Assembly (NCBI GenBank): GCA_977020255.1
Contig: CDROCS010006375.1
Coordinates: forward strand, 1-64,000
Direction: 5' to 3'
Source: Obrimoposthia wandeli
Lineage: Eukaryota
DNA: 64,000 nucleotides
In this document: positions 9,666 to 19,747 of the stretch, one piece after another
Numbering within the stretch: position 1 is the stretch's first letter
How the letters are laid out: each line of letters begins with the position of its first letter
Position numbers and translations under genes: made by a program
The notes under the pieces: generated by a model
Seen by the model: only the letters and a program-made list of their open reading frames with translations
Database searches by the model: none
Told to the model about the DNA's origin: nothing

Positions 9666-10556
9666 TTATGTAATATTTAACTCTGAGAGTAAATCTTCGA
9701 CGAACACTTTGATAACATTAGGGATTGCCGCTGAATTGCGACTAGCTAGATAGAATGGCGAATCATGCGCTAGCCCTAAATGGGTAATTTCTCGCATTTG
9801 AGCGTTATCTGTCCATTGGCGAGCGTAATGACAGGGGAGAAAACCAATAAACTGACCGCTATTGATCAACATCGCCTGCGCTTCCATATTACTGACTAGC
9901 GCTTTGTTTTGAATACCTGGTAAATCATTTTGCTGTAAGTAGGCTCGGCTAGAAACAGGATACTGCTGTAAACTTTCCCAACTAATCTGCGCATCTTCTA
10001 GGGCAAATAATGGATGCTGAGCTGAACAGTAAAAACCGTGTTGCTCACGGTACAGTAATTGATAGTTAAGACTGGCCTCACGCCGTTGAAAAGGCCCTAT
10101 AGCAATATGTAGTGCCCCATTAAGTAGCTCTCGCTCTAGTGTATCCGGCGCCAAAATATCCACGTTGATCGCTACATCGTTCTGTCTTGAAAAAAAACGT
10201 CTAATAGCGCGCGCAACCGGAAAATCTGGGTTAGTGATCGTATTATCAATCAGCCCCAGTCGCAGCGACCCAGTCAATTTATTACGTAACTCTCCAAGAT
10301 CTGCTTCAAAATCGGAGACACTATTGAGCATAGCCCGGCATTTTTCGTATACTAGCAATCCCTTTTCGGTCAAATTAAATCCACTGCGCCCACGATGGCA
10401 CAACTGAAACCCTAAGCGTATTTCAAAATCACGGATATGTGTACTAATGGCTGGCTGACTCATACCAAGCAGCCCTTGAGCACTCACAAAACCACCACAT
10501 TCCACCACTGCACAGAAGGTTTTCATGTGCTTCATCGCATATTGGGCCATTTTCAT
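9666..10556 (-). CDS. LysR-family regulator (GbuR/GpuR-like)
   Basis: N-terminal HTH SQPAISTHIRDFEIRLGFQLCHRGRSGF; next to a ureohydrolase gene. Confidence 0.85.
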   Translation of the reverse strand: MKMAQYAMKHMKTFCAVVECGGFVSAQGLLGMSQPAISTHIRDFEIRLGFQLCHRGRSGFNLTEKGLLVYEKCRAMLNSVSDFEADLGELRNKLTGSLRLGLIDNTITNPDFPVARAIRRFFSRQNDVAINVDILAPDTLERELLNGALHIAIGPFQRREASLNYQLLYREQHGFYCSAQHPLFALEDAQISWESLQQYPVSSRAYLQQNDLPGIQNKALVSNMEAQAMLINSGQFIGFLPCHYARQWTDNAQMREITHLGLAHDSPFYLASRNSAAIPNVIKVFVEDLLSELNIT

Positions 10557-10749
10557 ATTCTCGCGTTACATTACAAAAAATAATATAAACATAATAAACA
10601 ATGTATTTTTTAATGGAAAGTCTTTTGCAATACTCGGGTGAATCAAGGGATCCTTTGAACAAATTAAGTTCAATCCATAGCGTGATAGCAATGAGATTTG
10701 CTACGAGGATCTAAACAATAAAAAAAACCCAAAATGCGAGGATCAACCT

Positions 10750-11769
10750 ATGTTGACTATTAGCAAGAACCTGAAGAAATTAGCCCTTGTTACAGCAATA
10801 ACAGCGCTGCCAACTTTTGCTGCCGCCGAAGAGTGGAAGTTTGCTATTGAAGAAATACCAGGCTCTATCATGGATACCTATGCGAATGAGTTTAAGCGTA
10901 TCATTGAAGAGAAAACCAACGGCGAAACGACCATTAACATCTACCCATTAGGCTCGCTAGGTACGCCTACTGAAATAGTAGAGCAGGCAACTGACGGCGT
11001 GATTCACTTCGCCAACGTCTCAGTCGGCAACTTAGGCACCATCGTTCCTGAATCTCAAGTACTACTCGTTCCCTACGCGCTACCTTCAGAGCCAAAGGCT
11101 ATTTCATCTATATTGACCCAAAGTAAAGTCCTCTACGAACAGCTTGGCAGCGACTTCAACACTAAAGGCCTACAGCTACACACTATGTATTCTGAAGGCG
11201 CGCAAGTTTGGACAACAAACAAACCGGTACACAACCCTGCTGACTTAAAGAACTTCAAAATGCGTGTCATGGTTTCACCTATTTTACTGAAAGCCTATAA
11301 AGATTTAGGGGCTAGCCCGACACCATTGCCTTTTGGTGAAGTTTACGGCGCATTGCAGCTAAAAACTGTTGACGGTCAGATCAATCCTGTACCAACTATC
11401 GAAGAAATGAAGTTCTACGAAGTAACTGATTATATGATTTGGGCGGGCGAACAAGAGCTTGTTACTACAATCGTTTCTGGTACTGACTGGTACGAAACCT
11501 TACCCGCCGCTAAGAAAGCGCTAATCAGCGAAACAATGACTGAAATGCGTGGTTTTATCGATCAGGTAGTGAGCGATTTCAACCAGGATAAGCTCGCAAA
11601 AATTAAAGCAGCTAAACCGAGCATTGAGTTCATCAAGCTATCACAAGCTGAACAAGCTGTGTTCCGTGAGCGCAGCAAAGCTACTCACCGTTCATTTGCT
11701 GATATTGCCGGTAAGCGCGGTCAAGAGCTATTGACGGCATTGATCAAAGAGATCGACTCAACAAAGTAA
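10750..11769 (+). CDS. dctP: TRAP transporter substrate-binding protein (TeaA/UehA-like)
   Basis: Signal peptide; WKFAIEE, KMRVM, GASPTPLPFGEVYGALQ..TVDGQ.NP. Confidence 0.9.
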   Translation: MLTISKNLKKLALVTAITALPTFAAAEEWKFAIEEIPGSIMDTYANEFKRIIEEKTNGETTINIYPLGSLGTPTEIVEQATDGVIHFANVSVGNLGTIVPESQVLLVPYALPSEPKAISSILTQSKVLYEQLGSDFNTKGLQLHTMYSEGAQVWTTNKPVHNPADLKNFKMRVMVSPILLKAYKDLGASPTPLPFGEVYGALQLKTVDGQINPVPTIEEMKFYEVTDYMIWAGEQELVTTIVSGTDWYETLPAAKKALISETMTEMRGFIDQVVSDFNQDKLAKIKAAKPSIEFIKLSQAEQAVFRERSKATHRSFADIAGKRGQELLTALIKEIDSTK

Positions 11770-11877
11770 CAATACCGTGAGCTTTCTCGCCAATGAGTAA
11801 AGCTCTAGCTACGAAAGTCCTCAGGGGGCACAGGAATGCGCCCCCCCGCTTTGTTGCAACATACCGGGGAATATCAC

Positions 11878-12510
11878 ATGTCTATCACCAGCCGACTCAG
11901 CGACAGCCTGAGCACTCTCGATTATTGGATCGACAAACTAGAAGCTTTTGTTCTAGGCTTCGCCATTATGACGATGGCCACTAATGCAATCGCCAATGTC
12001 TTTGGCCGTTACCTTTTTAATCAAAGCTTGTACTTTACCGATGAACTCAACCAGTTCCTTATAATAATTGTCACTTTTATGGGCCTTGGCTATATTACCC
12101 GCAAGGGAAAACACATCAGAATGTCGGCTTTTTACGATATGCTGGCACCGCGCTACAAACGCTGGTTTATGATCGTTATCGCCTTAGTCACTGCTACTAC
12201 TATGCTTATATTAGCTTGGTATGCCTTAGAATATGTGCAGAAAATTGCCAGCCGCGGCCGCGTCACTCCAGCGCTACAAGTACCGCTATACCTCACTTAT
12301 TTTTGGGTCGCCATCGGTTTTTTCCTCGCCGGTATTCAGTATTTACTGACCGCTTTGAAGAACCTTAGTGTGCAAGATAACAGTGTCTATATCTCTTACA
12401 GCACCTTAGATAGCTACGACGATCCAGAGCTGGAAGAATTACTCAAACATGCATCTACGGAAGAAAAACCTAGCACTGCGCCGGTCAATTCTAAGGAGAA
12501 TACACTATGA
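11878..12510 (+). CDS. dctQ: TRAP small permease
   Basis: NVFGRY, DELNQFL, HIRMSAFYD; overlaps the dctM start. Confidence 0.9.
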   Translation: MSITSRLSDSLSTLDYWIDKLEAFVLGFAIMTMATNAIANVFGRYLFNQSLYFTDELNQFLIIIVTFMGLGYITRKGKHIRMSAFYDMLAPRYKRWFMIVIALVTATTMLILAWYALEYVQKIASRGRVTPALQVPLYLTYFWVAIGFFLAGIQYLLTALKNLSVQDNSVYISYSTLDSYDDPELEELLKHASTEEKPSTAPVNSKENTL

Positions 12511-13787
12511 CAATGCTGATGCTCAGCGTCATGCTGATACTACTTTTAGCGGGTTTTCCAATGATGATGCCCTTACTGGGAGCAGCACTGGTCGCCTTTT
12601 TAGTGTTCTATCCAGATTTAAGTCTACAATTAGTGATTCAACAAATGATAGGTGGCGTCAAACCTGCCGCGCTAATTGCAGTCCCCATGTTTATTCTCGC
12701 CGCCGACATTATTACCCGCGGTCACTCAGCGGACCGACTCGTCGATGTAGTGATGCGTTTTATGGGCCATATTAGAGGGGGATTGGCAGTATCTGTCACC
12801 ACCGCTTGCGCCTTGTTTGGCGCCGTTTGTGGTTCGACGCAAGCCACTGTTGTTGCCATAGGTGGCGCCATGCGTCCGCGGATGCTACGCGCCGGTTATC
12901 ACGACTCGTTCTCTATTGCCCTAATTATCAATGCCGCTGACCTAGCCTATTTGATCCCGCCGTCCATCGGAATGATTATCTACGGTGTAATTTCGGGTAC
13001 GTCAATTTCGGAGCTATTCATTGCAGGTTTGGGCCCGGGCATATTAATTATTGTGCTCTTTTCGCTGTACTGCATGTGGTACGCCAAAAAGCACAATATC
13101 CCGATTGAGCCCAAGGCGAGTTGGAGTGAACGCTGGACTTCGCTACGCCGTGCTTTGTGGCCTGCCGGATTCCCAATGATTATTGTCGGCGGTATTTACG
13201 GAGGTATTTTCAGCCCTACTGAAGCAGCCGCTGTCTGTGTGTTATATGCCATTGTGCTCGAACTCTGTATTTTTCGCTCGATTAAGCTAAAGGACTTGGC
13301 AGATATAGCCGTTTCAACAGGGGCGATAACCTCTGTAGTGTTTATCCTAATTGCCGCAGGTGCCGCTTTCTCATGGCTACTGTCGTACGCGCAGATTCCA
13401 CAGGAAATTATTGCCTCGATCGGCTTGGAAGGCGCTAGCACATTGAAAACCTTAGTCGCTATTAACATCGCTTTCTTTGTCGGTTGTATGTTTGTCGACT
13501 CTATTGTGGTGATCTTAATTTTAGTACCTATCTTCGCCCCCTTAGTTAAGGCCGCGGGTCTAGATCCCGTATTAATTGGGGTGATGATAACTCTACAGGT
13601 AGCGATAGGTGCTGCGACACCGCCGTTTGGCTGTAACATATTCACTGCTGTAGCCGTGTTTAAACGGCCATTTATCGATGTTATTCGCGGAATACACCCA
13701 TTTTTGATCATCTTGTTTGTGGTCACAGTACTTCTGGTTAGCTTCCCTGAAATAGCATTATTCCCCCGCGACTTAGCCTTCCGATAA
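12507..13787 (+). CDS. dctM: TRAP large permease (TeaC-like)
   Basis: LIAVPMFILAA, LIPPSI, GGIFSPTEAA, TPPFG motifs. Confidence 0.92.
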   Translation: MTMLMLSVMLILLLAGFPMMMPLLGAALVAFLVFYPDLSLQLVIQQMIGGVKPAALIAVPMFILAADIITRGHSADRLVDVVMRFMGHIRGGLAVSVTTACALFGAVCGSTQATVVAIGGAMRPRMLRAGYHDSFSIALIINAADLAYLIPPSIGMIIYGVISGTSISELFIAGLGPGILIIVLFSLYCMWYAKKHNIPIEPKASWSERWTSLRRALWPAGFPMIIVGGIYGGIFSPTEAAAVCVLYAIVLELCIFRSIKLKDLADIAVSTGAITSVVFILIAAGAAFSWLLSYAQIPQEIIASIGLEGASTLKTLVAINIAFFVGCMFVDSIVVILILVPIFAPLVKAAGLDPVLIGVMITLQVAIGAATPPFGCNIFTAVAVFKRPFIDVIRGIHPFLIILFVVTVLLVSFPEIALFPRDLAFR

Positions 13788-13812
13788 ATATGTTTTAAAA
13801 GCTAGACCTCTT

Positions 13813-13835
13813 GCGCAGCATTGCTGCGCTTTTTT
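13813..13835 (+). terminator. Rho-independent terminator after dctM
   Basis: GCGCAGC-ATT-GCTGCGC followed by TTTTTT. Confidence 0.8.
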
Positions 13836-13844
13836 AACTTAACT

Positions 13845-14735
13845 TCAAATACTAGCTTGGGCTAAATGCTCTATCAAAGCATCAAGCATACTGCGTAGCA
13901 CCTTAGACATATGCTGCCGCGAGCTGTACAAACCATATATTCCCAGTTTTTGCGGTTGATATTGTGTCAATACTGGAACCAATTCGCCACTTTCAATGTA
14001 TTTAGTCACGCTAAACTTAGGCTGTAGCACAACCCCCATCCCCCGCAACGCTCCCTCTAGAATCAGTGATGGATCATTGGCAGTTAAGTTACCACTAACG
14101 GCGACACTCACGGGTTCTGAGCGATGAAGAAAGGACCATAAGCTTTTGCCGAAATGGGAGTAAGTAAGACAGTTGTGTTCGGATAACTCTTCGATACTTT
14201 TAGGCGTGCCATGTTGTTGCAGGTATTCCGGCGCAGCGCAAATAACCGAGTGACAATCGCCCAGTTTTCTAGCAATCAAGTTCGGGTCCAAATCGTTGGT
14301 GATACGTATCGCTAAATCAATGCGCTCTTTAATCAAATTGACCGCCTGATTACCCACATGTAAATCCACATCAACCTTCGGATAGCTCAGCAGAAAATCC
14401 TTGAACACCTGCATTAACACATCTTGGCCGAAACTGAGTGAGCAAGCTATGCGCAGAGAACCTTGAAGTTGAGTATCTTCGCTCTCAAAACCTGTGGCTA
14501 ACTGCTGTGCAACCTCTAATAGCGCTCTGCATTGTAGTAGCGAATGCTCACCTGCTGGAGAAAGACTTAGACGACGGGTTGAACGATGTAGTAAGCGAGC
14601 CCCCGCCCAATCCTCCATGGTATTCAAATAGCGGGTAACCATAGATCGAGACATCTCTAGGCTGTCGGCCGCGGCGATTAAACTACCCTGCTCCACTATA
14701 CTCACAAAGACTTTTGCGGCGATAACTCTGTCCAT
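13845..14735 (-). CDS. LysR-family regulator (CrgA/DmlR-like)
   Basis: MDRVIAAKVFV...LLHRSTRRLSL, NLIKERIDLAIR; divergent from the MBL gene. Confidence 0.9.
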   Translation of the reverse strand: MDRVIAAKVFVSIVEQGSLIAAADSLEMSRSMVTRYLNTMEDWAGARLLHRSTRRLSLSPAGEHSLLQCRALLEVAQQLATGFESEDTQLQGSLRIACSLSFGQDVLMQVFKDFLLSYPKVDVDLHVGNQAVNLIKERIDLAIRITNDLDPNLIARKLGDCHSVICAAPEYLQQHGTPKSIEELSEHNCLTYSHFGKSLWSFLHRSEPVSVAVSGNLTANDPSLILEGALRGMGVVLQPKFSVTKYIESGELVPVLTQYQPQKLGIYGLYSSRQHMSKVLRSMLDALIEHLAQASI

Positions 14736-14836
14736 TATTCAACCTATATACGCAACAGTTAGTTGCATTTTGTCCCGTTTATCGATCGAAAACTTTACCA
14801 TATACTGATCTCATATTCATTCATCAAGGGCTAAGT

Positions 14837-15724
14837 ATGACTATTTCATTGAAGCAGATAACCGTTACATCAGTACTATTATTGGGAATGCAATTCGCCG
14901 CCAGCTCTATAAGCGCAGCGCAGCTTGTGACTCAAGTATTTAATCCGGGCGCTAAAAGCCTATTCCCCGTCACTTCTACTTTAGTCACAGGACCTACTGA
15001 AGCGGTACTGATTGATGCTCAATTTCAGCGTGATGACGCCGAAAGCGTGTTACAAATGATTAAAGACAGTGGTAAAGAGCTCACAACTATTTACATCAGC
15101 CACGGCGATCCCGATTTTTATTTTGGTCTGGAGGTCATCAGTGCCGCTTATCCGGAAGCAAAAATTGTCACTTCCAGAGAATCACGTCAACACATCGAGA
15201 ATACTGTTAAAGGAAAAGTAGCTTATTGGGGTCCGATACTGGGCAAAAACGCCCCTCAAACAACGATAATCCCCGATGTTCTTCTAGGCGACACCATTGA
15301 GATCGACGGCGAAGAACTCAATATTGTAGGACTTAAAGGCAAAAATCCTGCCCATACATTTGTCTGGATTCCCTCACTGAAAACGGTCGCTGGCGGTGTG
15401 TTGGTCTACGATCAACTACATGTCTGGATGGCTGATAATCAAACACAAGAGTCTCTCAGGTTATGGCAGGAAAGCTTACAACAACTGCTGGCATTAGAAC
15501 CCAGTCAAGTCATTCCCGGCCACTATCTCGGCGCTTCAAGCTACTCCACAGCGAGCGTTAATTTTACACAGAACTATATTAACCGCTTTTCAGAGGCGGC
15601 CCGTAACACAAAAACATCAGTTGAGCTCATTGCTAAAATGAAAGCGCTCTACCCCGGTTTTGAAAATCTAAAAGATTTAGCACTCAGTGCTAAAGTGATC
15701 AGCGGTGAAATACAGTGGCCTTAG
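14837..15724 (+). CDS. Secreted MBL-fold metallo-hydrolase, Vmh-like
   Basis: Signal peptide; LIDAQF, SHGDPDFYFG, VIPGH, C-terminal KVISGEIQWP. Confidence 0.8.
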   Translation: MTISLKQITVTSVLLLGMQFAASSISAAQLVTQVFNPGAKSLFPVTSTLVTGPTEAVLIDAQFQRDDAESVLQMIKDSGKELTTIYISHGDPDFYFGLEVISAAYPEAKIVTSRESRQHIENTVKGKVAYWGPILGKNAPQTTIIPDVLLGDTIEIDGEELNIVGLKGKNPAHTFVWIPSLKTVAGGVLVYDQLHVWMADNQTQESLRLWQESLQQLLALEPSQVIPGHYLGASSYSTASVNFTQNYINRFSEAARNTKTSVELIAKMKALYPGFENLKDLALSAKVISGEIQWP

Positions 15725-15818
15725 TATATCTCTGAGTGAGTAACAGCTTTTACTGTCGAAGGAGGCGCAAAGCGTCTCCACTATCACTATTAATTCAGCG
15801 AAGACAAAAGAACCCACA

Positions 15819-16472
15819 ATGAGTGTCCCAACCTTCACTTTCATCTACGACACTTATTGTGGCTGGTGTTACGGCGCGCAGAAGATAATCACTGCGTTAG
15901 CAAGAAACGGCGCCACAATTGAGTGTTTACATCGTCAACTGTTTAGCGGTGCCCATAGCTTCGACATGACGGGGGAGATCGGTGAGAAAATCCTCAACGA
16001 AGACCTCAGAATAGCCAAACTTAGCGGTCAGCCTTTCAGCCAGTGTTACATCGACAACTTACTTGGCGTTAATACCGAAATCTTAGATTCTACTTTAACA
16101 GCGCGAGCAGCAGTACTCGCCCGTCCACACGGCACAACCGTAGAACTAGCGCTACTGAGGAAATTACAGCATGCCAGATATGTTGAGGGCGTATCGGCAA
16201 AAGACAGCGCATCTGTCGTACAGATACTGCTCGACTTAAAAGTCGGAAGCTCTCTACAAGATATCGAGATAGAACTACTCAGCACTAAAACGGTTGATGA
16301 TGCGGCACAAATGCAACATAAAGCAGCTTCTGTGCTCACTCAAAACAATGTATCGGGTGTACCTATATTAATAAAAAAAGAGTCGGGGGATGAATCACTT
16401 ATTAATTTGGCAAAATACTTTTCTTGCCCTGAAAAGGTCAGCGAGCTACTAGTAAAGTGTCATCGGCCATAG
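15819..16472 (+). CDS. DsbA-family thioredoxin-fold protein
   Basis: YDTYCGWCYG CxxC motif; C-terminal VSGVP. Confidence 0.8.
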   Translation: MSVPTFTFIYDTYCGWCYGAQKIITALARNGATIECLHRQLFSGAHSFDMTGEIGEKILNEDLRIAKLSGQPFSQCYIDNLLGVNTEILDSTLTARAAVLARPHGTTVELALLRKLQHARYVEGVSAKDSASVVQILLDLKVGSSLQDIEIELLSTKTVDDAAQMQHKAASVLTQNNVSGVPILIKKESGDESLINLAKYFSCPEKVSELLVKCHRP

Positions 16473-16773
16473 AGAATGGTTGCGCTATCATCCAAATACA
16501 TTATTAGGTATGCGTAAAACCGACAATTGGAGTATTACGACAAGGTTACTACCGCACTTTAGACACCGCTGCTGTGTCGACAGTCATCGCCATTTCCAGC
16601 ATTAGACCAAACGGACTACTAAAGGCAAAAAATTAGCCTCAATGGTCGCTTTTACCTTCATTATTTGGCCCCTTCTCTGTGTCATTCTCCCTTATGATTT
16701 ATCCATTAAAACGTTTTGAGCGATTTATTCTATCGTCACATCAAACGTGATCACAAACCATGAGGATGTAAGC

Positions 16774-17922
16774 ATGACAACACAGGCGCAATCAGGCTTT
16801 AGCTTTGGTACCCAAATCAGGAAGTCACCATATTTCGATGCAACAGTACGCTGGGGTGCCAAAGGGTTCTCGGTCTATAACCACATGTATATCCCACGTG
16901 ACTTTGGTGATCCAGTGGAAAACTTCTGGAACTTAGTCAATAACGCCATACTTTGTGATGTCGCCGTAGAGCGTCAGGTGGAGATCAGCGGTCCCGACGC
17001 CGCAGAGTTTGTGCAACTACTTACGCCAAGAGATATTTCCAAATGTGCTGTAGGGCAGTGTAAATATATACTGATTACCAATGCACAGGGGGGCATATTG
17101 AATGACCCTATTCTCCTGCGACTAGAAGAAAACCGTTTTTGGATATCCCTTGCTGACAGTGACGTATTACTCTGGGCACAGGGCGTTGCGGTGAACTCGG
17201 GATTAACTGTCAACATCAGTGAACCCGACGTTTCGCCGCTGCAACTACAGGGCCCTCAATCTGGCAAGATCATGCAAGCGCTGTTCGGTGATGACATCGC
17301 AGACCTTAAATACTATTGGCTTCGAGAGTATGACCTCGATGGTATTCCTCTTATTGTGTCTCGCACGGGCTGGTCTAGTGAACTGGGTTATGAACTCTAC
17401 TTACAGGATGGCTCCAAAGGGGATGAGCTGTGGGAAAAAATCATGACGGCGGGCCTTCCGTTTGGTCTTAAGCCTGGCCATACCTCAATGATTCGACGTA
17501 TTGAAGGCGCTATGCTGTCCTATCATGCCGACATGGATATCCATACTAATCCCTATGAGCTTGGCCTAGATCGTTTGATTGAATTAGATATCCCTGCAGA
17601 TTTCATCGGAAAATCTGCTCTAAAGAATATCCGTGAAGACGGCGTATCACGCAAGCATATTGGTTTAGTAATTGAAGGCCCTGCGATAACAGAACCTAAT
17701 ACGGCTTTCTGGCCACTAGAAAAAGATGGCGAGCTAGTAGGTCATGTCACTTCCGCTATCTTTTCGCCACGTCTTGAGAAAAACATTGCGCTGGCAATGG
17801 TCAAAACAGAAGTATCAGCTCTAGGTAATGTTTTCCAAGTACAGATGCCTAACGGGAAAACAATAGCCAAAGTCGTTAAAAAGCCCTTCTTTGATCCCAA
17901 TAAAAAAATCACGGCAACATAA
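16774..17922 (+). CDS. GcvT-family THF-dependent aminomethyltransferase/demethylase, DmdA-like
   Basis: VYNHM, DVAVERQVEISGPDA, NDPI, SLADSD, EPDVSPLQLQGP, SRTGWS; GAGGA RBS; no gcvH/gcvP nearby. Confidence 0.85.
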   Translation: MTTQAQSGFSFGTQIRKSPYFDATVRWGAKGFSVYNHMYIPRDFGDPVENFWNLVNNAILCDVAVERQVEISGPDAAEFVQLLTPRDISKCAVGQCKYILITNAQGGILNDPILLRLEENRFWISLADSDVLLWAQGVAVNSGLTVNISEPDVSPLQLQGPQSGKIMQALFGDDIADLKYYWLREYDLDGIPLIVSRTGWSSELGYELYLQDGSKGDELWEKIMTAGLPFGLKPGHTSMIRRIEGAMLSYHADMDIHTNPYELGLDRLIELDIPADFIGKSALKNIREDGVSRKHIGLVIEGPAITEPNTAFWPLEKDGELVGHVTSAIFSPRLEKNIALAMVKTEVSALGNVFQVQMPNGKTIAKVVKKPFFDPNKKITAT

Positions 17923-17947
17923 GCTAAAAATTCTGGAAACACCCAGT

Positions 17948-17980
17948 GATTAACCACGGCAAGGACTCTTGCGGTTAATC
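17948..17980 (+). other. Intergenic stem-loop between the demethylase and metF
   Basis: GATTAACC..GCAAG-GACT-CTTGC-GGTTAATC. Confidence 0.5.
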
Positions 17981-18032
17981 ACTGATAAATTACCCAACAA
18001 GGCATATTGCCTGACAGTACTTAGGATATATT

Positions 18033-18956
18033 ATGGGCCTGCTTTCCTTTCTGAGAAAACCTACTATTAGCAACACCGATCAATCGGCATCTCATCTGCT
18101 AGAGAGTTTTTTAGACAACTATTCGATTGAAGTAACACCGCGCACTGCAAACAAGGTTTCGTGTTTTAAAGATATTTTACCTAGAGGAAGCTGTGTCTAT
18201 ATTGCTCATATTAAAGGCACGCCAATCGAGGAGATGATTAGTACTGCTCGCCGCTTAGCGAATGAAGGCTTTACTGTCGTTCCTCATTTTCCCGCCCGTT
18301 TCATTGAGCACCGCGGTGAGTTAGCCCAGTGGATTGCTCAATACCAAGGTGAGGCAGGTGTAACCCGTGGCTTGCTCTTGGGCGGGGGGCTTACCACTGC
18401 GTTCGGAAAGTTCGATAACTCTATGCAAATGATCGAAACGGGACTTTTCGAAAAGTTCGATCAATTACAGGTGGCAGGCCACCCTGAAGGCAACAAAGCT
18501 ATTGATCCAAACGGTTCCGATGAAATGGTGATGCAGGCATTAAAATGGAAGTATGATTTTGCGCAGCGTACAGATACTCCTGTTGCCATCACAACTCAGT
18601 TTTGTTTTGAAGCGGCGCCCATTATTGCCTGGGCCGACCGACTAGCCAATGAGGGAGTCGATCTGCCGATCCACATCGGGATAGCCGGCCCCGCCAAGTT
18701 ACACACGTTGTTAAGATATGCGGTATCTTGCGGCGTGGGACCTAGCATGCAAGTACTACAGCGCAGGGCAAAAGATGTTTCTAAATTGCTACTACCTTAT
18801 GACCCTAAGAGTTTATTGACTGAACTTGCCTCTCACAAAGAGCGCAATCCGAATTTTGCTATCGAAAAAGTACATTTTTTCCCGCTGGGCGGTATTGAAG
18901 CCAACGCTAATTGGGTTGCTGATAACGTAGGGCCAACAGCGCGCCCTACTAGATAG
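18033..18956 (+). CDS. metF: Methylenetetrahydrofolate reductase (alphaproteobacterial/Sphingobium type)
   Basis: YSIEVTPR, VVPHFPAR, VAGHPEG, ITTQFCF, IHIGIAGP, CGVGPS, HFFPLGG. Confidence 0.8.
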   Translation: MGLLSFLRKPTISNTDQSASHLLESFLDNYSIEVTPRTANKVSCFKDILPRGSCVYIAHIKGTPIEEMISTARRLANEGFTVVPHFPARFIEHRGELAQWIAQYQGEAGVTRGLLLGGGLTTAFGKFDNSMQMIETGLFEKFDQLQVAGHPEGNKAIDPNGSDEMVMQALKWKYDFAQRTDTPVAITTQFCFEAAPIIAWADRLANEGVDLPIHIGIAGPAKLHTLLRYAVSCGVGPSMQVLQRRAKDVSKLLLPYDPKSLLTELASHKERNPNFAIEKVHFFPLGGIEANANWVADNVGPTARPTR

Positions 18957-19114
18957 TCATACGTTGATTGAACCTCAACCTCTCGCCGCAAACGTGACTA
19001 AACAGAGGACGCGCTACCGGGTAGTTCCATTTGTGCAAGGCACTTATAATAATTGATGTCATGGATCTAGCTCGTTAGAATCATATTTCAGGGATGCTAT
19101 ATGTGCTATTAAAC

Positions 19115-19594
19115 ATGAAAAATGTAATCTTAGATGCGCTAGATATCCGCATTTTAAGCGCCGTGCAACTGCATGGCCAAATAAGTAAAGCTCGACTGTC
19201 TGAACTGGTCAACCTTTCGCCTACTCCTTGCTGGCTACGGCTCGCCAAACTCAAGAAGGCAGGTTTCATTGCAGGTTATCGAGGGGACATTGCCATTGAC
19301 AAGATTCTCGACCTGACAAAAGTGATAGTGACCATTTCACTAAAGAGCCACAGTCGTGAAGTCTTTGAGCGTTTCGAACGCTGCATTCAAGGTATCGATG
19401 AGATAACCGAATGCAGTGCAACGGGTGGTGGCTCTGATTATGTGATGAAAGTCATCACCAGTAGCCTGCCTGAATTTCAACAATTGATTGAAACACTTCT
19501 CAGCGAGGAAATAGGTATTGACCGCTACTTTATTTACGTGATTACCCGAGAAGTAAAATCGGCCCCGTTAAATCTAGCCAAGCTGTTACAGTGA
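19115..19594 (+). CDS. Lrp/AsnC-family regulator
   Basis: LDALDIRIL...VNLSPTPCWLRLAKL..AGFI.GY; EC.ATGGGSDY. Confidence 0.88.
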   Translation: MKNVILDALDIRILSAVQLHGQISKARLSELVNLSPTPCWLRLAKLKKAGFIAGYRGDIAIDKILDLTKVIVTISLKSHSREVFERFERCIQGIDEITECSATGGGSDYVMKVITSSLPEFQQLIETLLSEEIGIDRYFIYVITREVKSAPLNLAKLLQ

Positions 19595-19747
19595 GAAGTG
19601 GATACTAACTTTCTAGTCGTCGTTTACCGTAAAAGCATGATAATGCTGCTGGCCTATTTTTTGTGATCATCCATTAATACTGTAAAATTCTAATAAAGTG
19701 AATACTCACTTTCATTATAAACCTTTATATCGTGCGATTATACGTCA

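Noticed and set aside
16774-17922. Naming the gene dmdA or gcvT
   Set aside because: It lacks dmd and gcvHP context, and its N-terminus differs from characterised DmdA; phylogeny is needed.
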